This document shows, piece after piece, positions 24,749-27,383 of a stretch of DNA of 27,383 nt. A program made the translations under genes and the position numbers. Every line of letters begins with the position of its first letter. Positions within the stretch are counted from its first letter, which is position 1. The notes beneath the pieces were generated by a model. It did no database searches. It was not told the origin of the DNA and worked only from the letters and a program-made list of their open reading frames with translations. The stretch is from a virus (Duplodnaviria > Caudoviricetes), in the IMG/VR virus record IMGVR_UViG_3300021066_000027, positions 1-27,383 of that record; one strand, given 5' to 3'.

Positions 24749-25046
24749 CCACTGACCCGCGGTTCGACGGGTACAGCCCGTCGAACCAATCGTCGGGTAG
24801 CCCGAGGGCCACCACGAACGCGTCGAGTTCGCTGCCCCTCACGGGGGCGCCCTTCATCTGCTCGATCGCCTCGACGCGGTTGTGCGTGATCCGCTCGTTG
24901 CGTAGGGCGTCCGTAGCGATGAGCTCTTCGATGGGTAGCGGGATGCTGCCCTTCTTCCTGCCGCTGATGGCACGGCGGCCGGCCAGGAGGCGGGCTGCCT
25001 TGAGCCGCAGGCTGATCTGAAGACGTCGCTCGTCCTCCGTCATCAC
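24618..25046 (-). CDS. Immunity repressor-like XRE/HTH protein
   Basis: 'RLKAARLLAG...IEEL...RVEAIEQ...ELDAFVVALGLPDDWF'; divergent from cro-like genes; start GTG 25046 or ATG 25043. Confidence 0.75.
   Translation of the reverse strand: MMTEDERRLQISLRLKAARLLAGRRAISGRKKGSIPLPIEELIATDALRNERITHNRVEAIEQMKGAPVRGSELDAFVVALGLPDDWFDGLYPSNRGSVASSLGRLLQAVGEDVRARRPGLAEVPPEGDEGNPRSAARADAS
24761..24787. other. Perfect 11-bp hairpin inside the repressor gene
   Basis: GGTTCGACGGG-TACAG-CCCGTCGAACC. Confidence 0.7.
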
Positions 25047-25170
25047 GCGGACGACCGTACGCCCGAATCATTCCGGACGCGCCGGAATGGTCCTTGACAA
25101 TCCGGGATGGATCGGGTTTACTCGGGTTCTCCGGCAATGGAGCCGGAAAATCCTGAACCATTCCGGAGCA
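25047..25170. promoter_or_regulatory. Divergent promoter/operator switch region
   Basis: TTGACA 25094-99 with TTTACT 17 nt downstream (rightward); TACGGT on the minus strand (25059-54) 7 nt before the repressor GTG; repeated CCGGAATGGWTCRG-like sites; inverted repeat CATTCCGG-N5-CCGGAATG 25069-89. Confidence 0.75.
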
Positions 25171-25449
25171 ATGCCTCTCATCGACTTCCACGCCGCCCAG
25201 TTGCTCACCGAGATGCGAGAGGAACGCGGGTTGAGCCCTGAGGCGCTGGCCCAGCAGATCGCCGTCCGGCGCGACATTGCGGGGCTTCCCACGGGCAGGG
25301 GCACCGTCGACGCCCACACCATCCGTCGGATCGAGCGGCACGGGCACGTGCCGGGACCTCGGGTGGCGTTCGTCCTCGCCGCGTTCTTCGGCATGCGGCC
25401 GAACGAGTTGTGGCGCCCCGTCCACCGCCGAAAGGCGATCGCGGCATGA
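25171..25449 (+). CDS. Cro-like XRE/HTH regulator
   Basis: 'MREERGLSPEALA...TIRRIER...P...VLAAFFG...ELW'; first rightward early gene. Confidence 0.8.
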   Translation: MPLIDFHAAQLLTEMREERGLSPEALAQQIAVRRDIAGLPTGRGTVDAHTIRRIERHGHVPGPRVAFVLAAFFGMRPNELWRPVHRRKAIAA

Positions 25450-25658
25450 GCGCCCTGCGCCGTGTTCGCATCGACGCGCGGTTGTCCATCGAGGAACTCG
25501 CGGTCCGCTCGGGGATCTCTCAAGAGCAGATCCGCAACATCGAGTCCGGGCGGGCGATGAACCCCAGGCCGGCGACCCTCGGGAAGCTCGCGGATGTCCT
25601 CGAAGTGGCCCCGTCAGAGCTTGACCCCAAGCTGACGGGCAGCGAGGCCGCGACCTGA
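25446..25658 (+). CDS. XRE/HTH regulator
   Basis: ATGA overlap; 'LRRVR...LSIEELAVRSGISQEQIRNIESG...P...TLGKLADVL'. Confidence 0.88.
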   Translation: MSALRRVRIDARLSIEELAVRSGISQEQIRNIESGRAMNPRPATLGKLADVLEVAPSELDPKLTGSEAAT

Positions 25659-25843
25659 TGCCCGGCCACGACGGGATGGCATCCCGCGAGGAGTGGGCCA
25701 AGAGCCCGGTCCATCAGGCCAGCACGTACGCGTGCAGCAAGTGCGGGCAGCGGTTCGCCACGCCGCACGACGTCTACGACCACCTCGACCGCGAGCACCC
25801 GCAGACGGCGCCGCGGAACCGTCGCAAGGGAGCAAGCAAATGA
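25658..25843 (+). CDS. Small C2H2 zinc-finger protein
   Basis: YACSKCGQRFATPHDVYDHLDREH; coupled to genes on both sides (TGATG, ATGA). Confidence 0.75.
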   Translation: MPGHDGMASREEWAKSPVHQASTYACSKCGQRFATPHDVYDHLDREHPQTAPRNRRKGASK

Positions 25844-26442
25844 GCACGATGCCCGTCGTCGAGACGCGCTACGACCAGCTGGTGCGCGCGGGCCGCGATG
25901 CGCGCGAGCAGGCCGACAACGTCCAGTGGGTCGAGGGAGACCTGGCCCTTCAGGTCGATGCCCTCGGGGCGAACGAGCGGCCGCGGGACCCCGAGACCGG
26001 CGCGTTCCTCGAAGACCCGGACAAGGCGCTCAAGAGGTACGCCGAGGACATCGAGGTCCCCTACGGCACCTTGATGCGGTACCGGCAGGTATCCGAAGCA
26101 TGGCCCACGACGAGGCGCCTCGCCGTGGTCTCCTGGACGGTTCATCAGGCCCTTGCCGCCCAAGACGACCGCTTCGATCTGATCCGCGAAGGGATGACGC
26201 AGGCGGAAGCCCGCCGCCTCGTCCGTCAGCGCAACGCGGCGAACTACGGCGGCAAGCCCGGCTGGCACGAACTCCTCGGCCGCGTCGGTGACGCGCTCAC
26301 CGCCGCCGACAAGCACCTCAAGAAGTTCGACGACGAACTCACCCGCCAGCCGAACAAGGCGCTGCGAACCAAGGCCGAGACGTACGCGGCCCGCGCCGAA
26401 GCGATCGCCGCGAAGCTCCGCGACATCGCCAACGAGGACTAA
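25840..26442 (+). CDS. Putative DNA-binding protein, LmbU/DUF6192-like
   Basis: AAGGGAG RBS; 'QWVEGDLAL...YAEDI...TL..YR.VS.AWP...R...VSWTVH..LA' pattern, recalled rather than searched. Confidence 0.55.
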   Translation: MSTMPVVETRYDQLVRAGRDAREQADNVQWVEGDLALQVDALGANERPRDPETGAFLEDPDKALKRYAEDIEVPYGTLMRYRQVSEAWPTTRRLAVVSWTVHQALAAQDDRFDLIREGMTQAEARRLVRQRNAANYGGKPGWHELLGRVGDALTAADKHLKKFDDELTRQPNKALRTKAETYAARAEAIAAKLRDIANED

Positions 26443-26449
26443 CCCCCGC

Positions 26450-26587
26450 ATGGGTGTGCTGGTGGAGTTCGTGCTCGTCGCCGGGGTGCTTGCCGCCCAC
26501 GGCCTTCTCGCCGCAGCCGTCGTGATCGGCGGCACGGCCCTGTTGGACCACTTCGGCGTTCTCGACCTGGGAGGGCGGGACTCATGA
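26450..26587 (+). CDS. 45-aa hydrophobic protein
   Basis: GAGGA RBS; MGVLVEFVLVAGVLAAHGLLAAAVVIGG...; ATGA overlap with the next gene. Confidence 0.5.
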   Translation: MGVLVEFVLVAGVLAAHGLLAAAVVIGGTALLDHFGVLDLGGRDS

Positions 26588-26826
26588 GCTTGTGGATGGT
26601 CGGTCCGGTCGACCCGGACCCGGAACGCGACCGCGAACTTGCGGAGCGGCGCGACGACCACGACGACCACCAAGACCACCTCGACCGCTACCGGGATGTG
26701 GTGGTGCCGTTCCCCAGGGCGCACCGGCTCGCCCGGGATGAGCGCGAGGCGACCGCCCGGCTGTACCCGAACCCGCGCGGTGTGCAGGCCACGCCGCGGA
26801 CCCCGCCGACCGGAGACGCCGCATGA
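26584..26826 (+). CDS. Hypothetical protein (80 aa)
   Basis: GGAGGG RBS; ATGA overlaps at both ends; Asp/His-rich patch DDHDDHQDH. Confidence 0.6.
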   Translation: MSLWMVGPVDPDPERDRELAERRDDHDDHQDHLDRYRDVVVPFPRAHRLARDEREATARLYPNPRGVQATPRTPPTGDAA

Positions 26827-27383
26827 GCACCATCCTGCCCGACCGGCTCGCTGAGCTGGACACCCTCACGCTCGCGACGGGCGCACACCCGAACCCGCAG
26901 GCCGGCATGTGCGCGATGGAAGCCGCCGCCTGGATTGCCGGCGAACCGCACACCGACCACCCTGAGTGCGTCTGCCCGGTGATCGGCGTGTTCCTGCGCT
27001 ACTGGAACGACGACCTCGACGATCAGGGCCGCCAGCAGCTGAAGGACCTGATCCCGCTGACGATTGGTACCCGCGGGACGCCGGGCTTGGAGGAGCGGCG
27101 GGCATGGATGGTCACCGACTGGCTGGTGCGCGTGCATACCCCGGCGTGGCTGGAGCTTGCGGGTGTCGCGTCGTCCGCCGCGGCGTTGCGGGCGTTGCCG
27201 CCCCTGATACCTGACGCTGTGAACGCCGCGATGCCCGTTCTCCGCGATGCTGGCCAGCAGGCGACCGCTGCGTGGGCCGCTGCGCGGGCCGCTGCGGGGG
27301 CCGCTGCGTGGGACGCTGCGGGGGCCGCTGCGCGGGACGCTGCGTGGGCCGCTGCGGGGGCCGCTGCGGGGGCCGCTGCGTGA
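26823..27383 (+). CDS. Phage protein with Cys/His-containing N-terminal domain and AAW/AAR/AAG repeat; possibly truncated
   Basis: GGAG RBS; 'GAH...MCAMEAAAWIAGEPHTDHPECVCPVI...WND'; ends in the repeat at the window edge. Confidence 0.75.
   Translation: MSTILPDRLAELDTLTLATGAHPNPQAGMCAMEAAAWIAGEPHTDHPECVCPVIGVFLRYWNDDLDDQGRQQLKDLIPLTIGTRGTPGLEERRAWMVTDWLVRVHTPAWLELAGVASSAAALRALPPLIPDAVNAAMPVLRDAGQQATAAWAAARAAAGAAAWDAAGAAARDAAWAAAGAAAGAAA
27264..27383 (+). repeat. 12-bp coding tandem repeat x10
   Basis: G(C/A)C GCT GCG (T/C/G)GG; first unit begins ACC, last unit ends TGA. Confidence 0.95.

Larger units (their letters stand above)
1..27383 (+). mobile_element. Tailed phage/prophage segment (siphovirus, HK97-like head module), packaging genes through to early genes
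   Basis: Canonical terminase-portal-protease-capsid-tail-lysis-immunity synteny, extensive ATGA/GTGA/TGATG gene overlaps, no housekeeping genes. Confidence 0.97.

Noticed and set aside
24755-24790. GGTTCGA as a tRNA T-loop or tRNA-derived attP core
   Set aside because: No T-stem, acceptor stem or cloverleaf around it; it is one arm of a perfect inverted repeat
25087-25170. N-terminal extension of the Cro-like ORF from ATG 25087
   Set aside because: It would run through the -35/-10 elements and operators; ATG 25171 gives a normal-sized XRE protein
27264-27383. Diversity-generating retroelement variable region
   Set aside because: No reverse transcriptase or TR/VR pair in the window, and variation is not adenine-specific

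Overview
The whole window reads as a contiguous piece of a GC-rich, HK97-like siphovirus or prophage, most likely infecting an actinobacterium. No host genes are recognisable. The + strand gene order is: HNH endonuclease (5'-truncated), terS, terL, portal, prohead protease, major capsid, a cluster of probable head-accessory/fibre genes, head-tail adaptor, tail terminator, tail tube, gp10-like protein, tail assembly chaperone with a -1 frame extension, tape measure carrying two cell-wall hydrolase domains, Dit and Tal-like hub. Next is an unusually elaborate lysis region: a secreted metzincin, several membrane proteins, an Amidase_2 endolysin, a holin, micro-peptides and a degenerate zincin. 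After that come a leftward moron, a divergent repressor/cro switch with repeated operators, and the first early genes, ending in a 12-bp tandem repeat. No integrase, tRNA, CRISPR array or reverse transcriptase is visible. The most notable observations are: (1) two adjacent fibre genes sharing an exact 18-residue histidine periodicity; (2) a decayed Endonuclease VII-type gene hidden in an 'intergenic' gap; (3) an antisense ORF plus a perfect hairpin embedded in the repressor gene; (4) metalloprotease-like genes bracketing the lysis cassette; (5) a classical C2H2 zinc-finger early protein. Functional calls come from motif recognition and synteny only; no searches were run.
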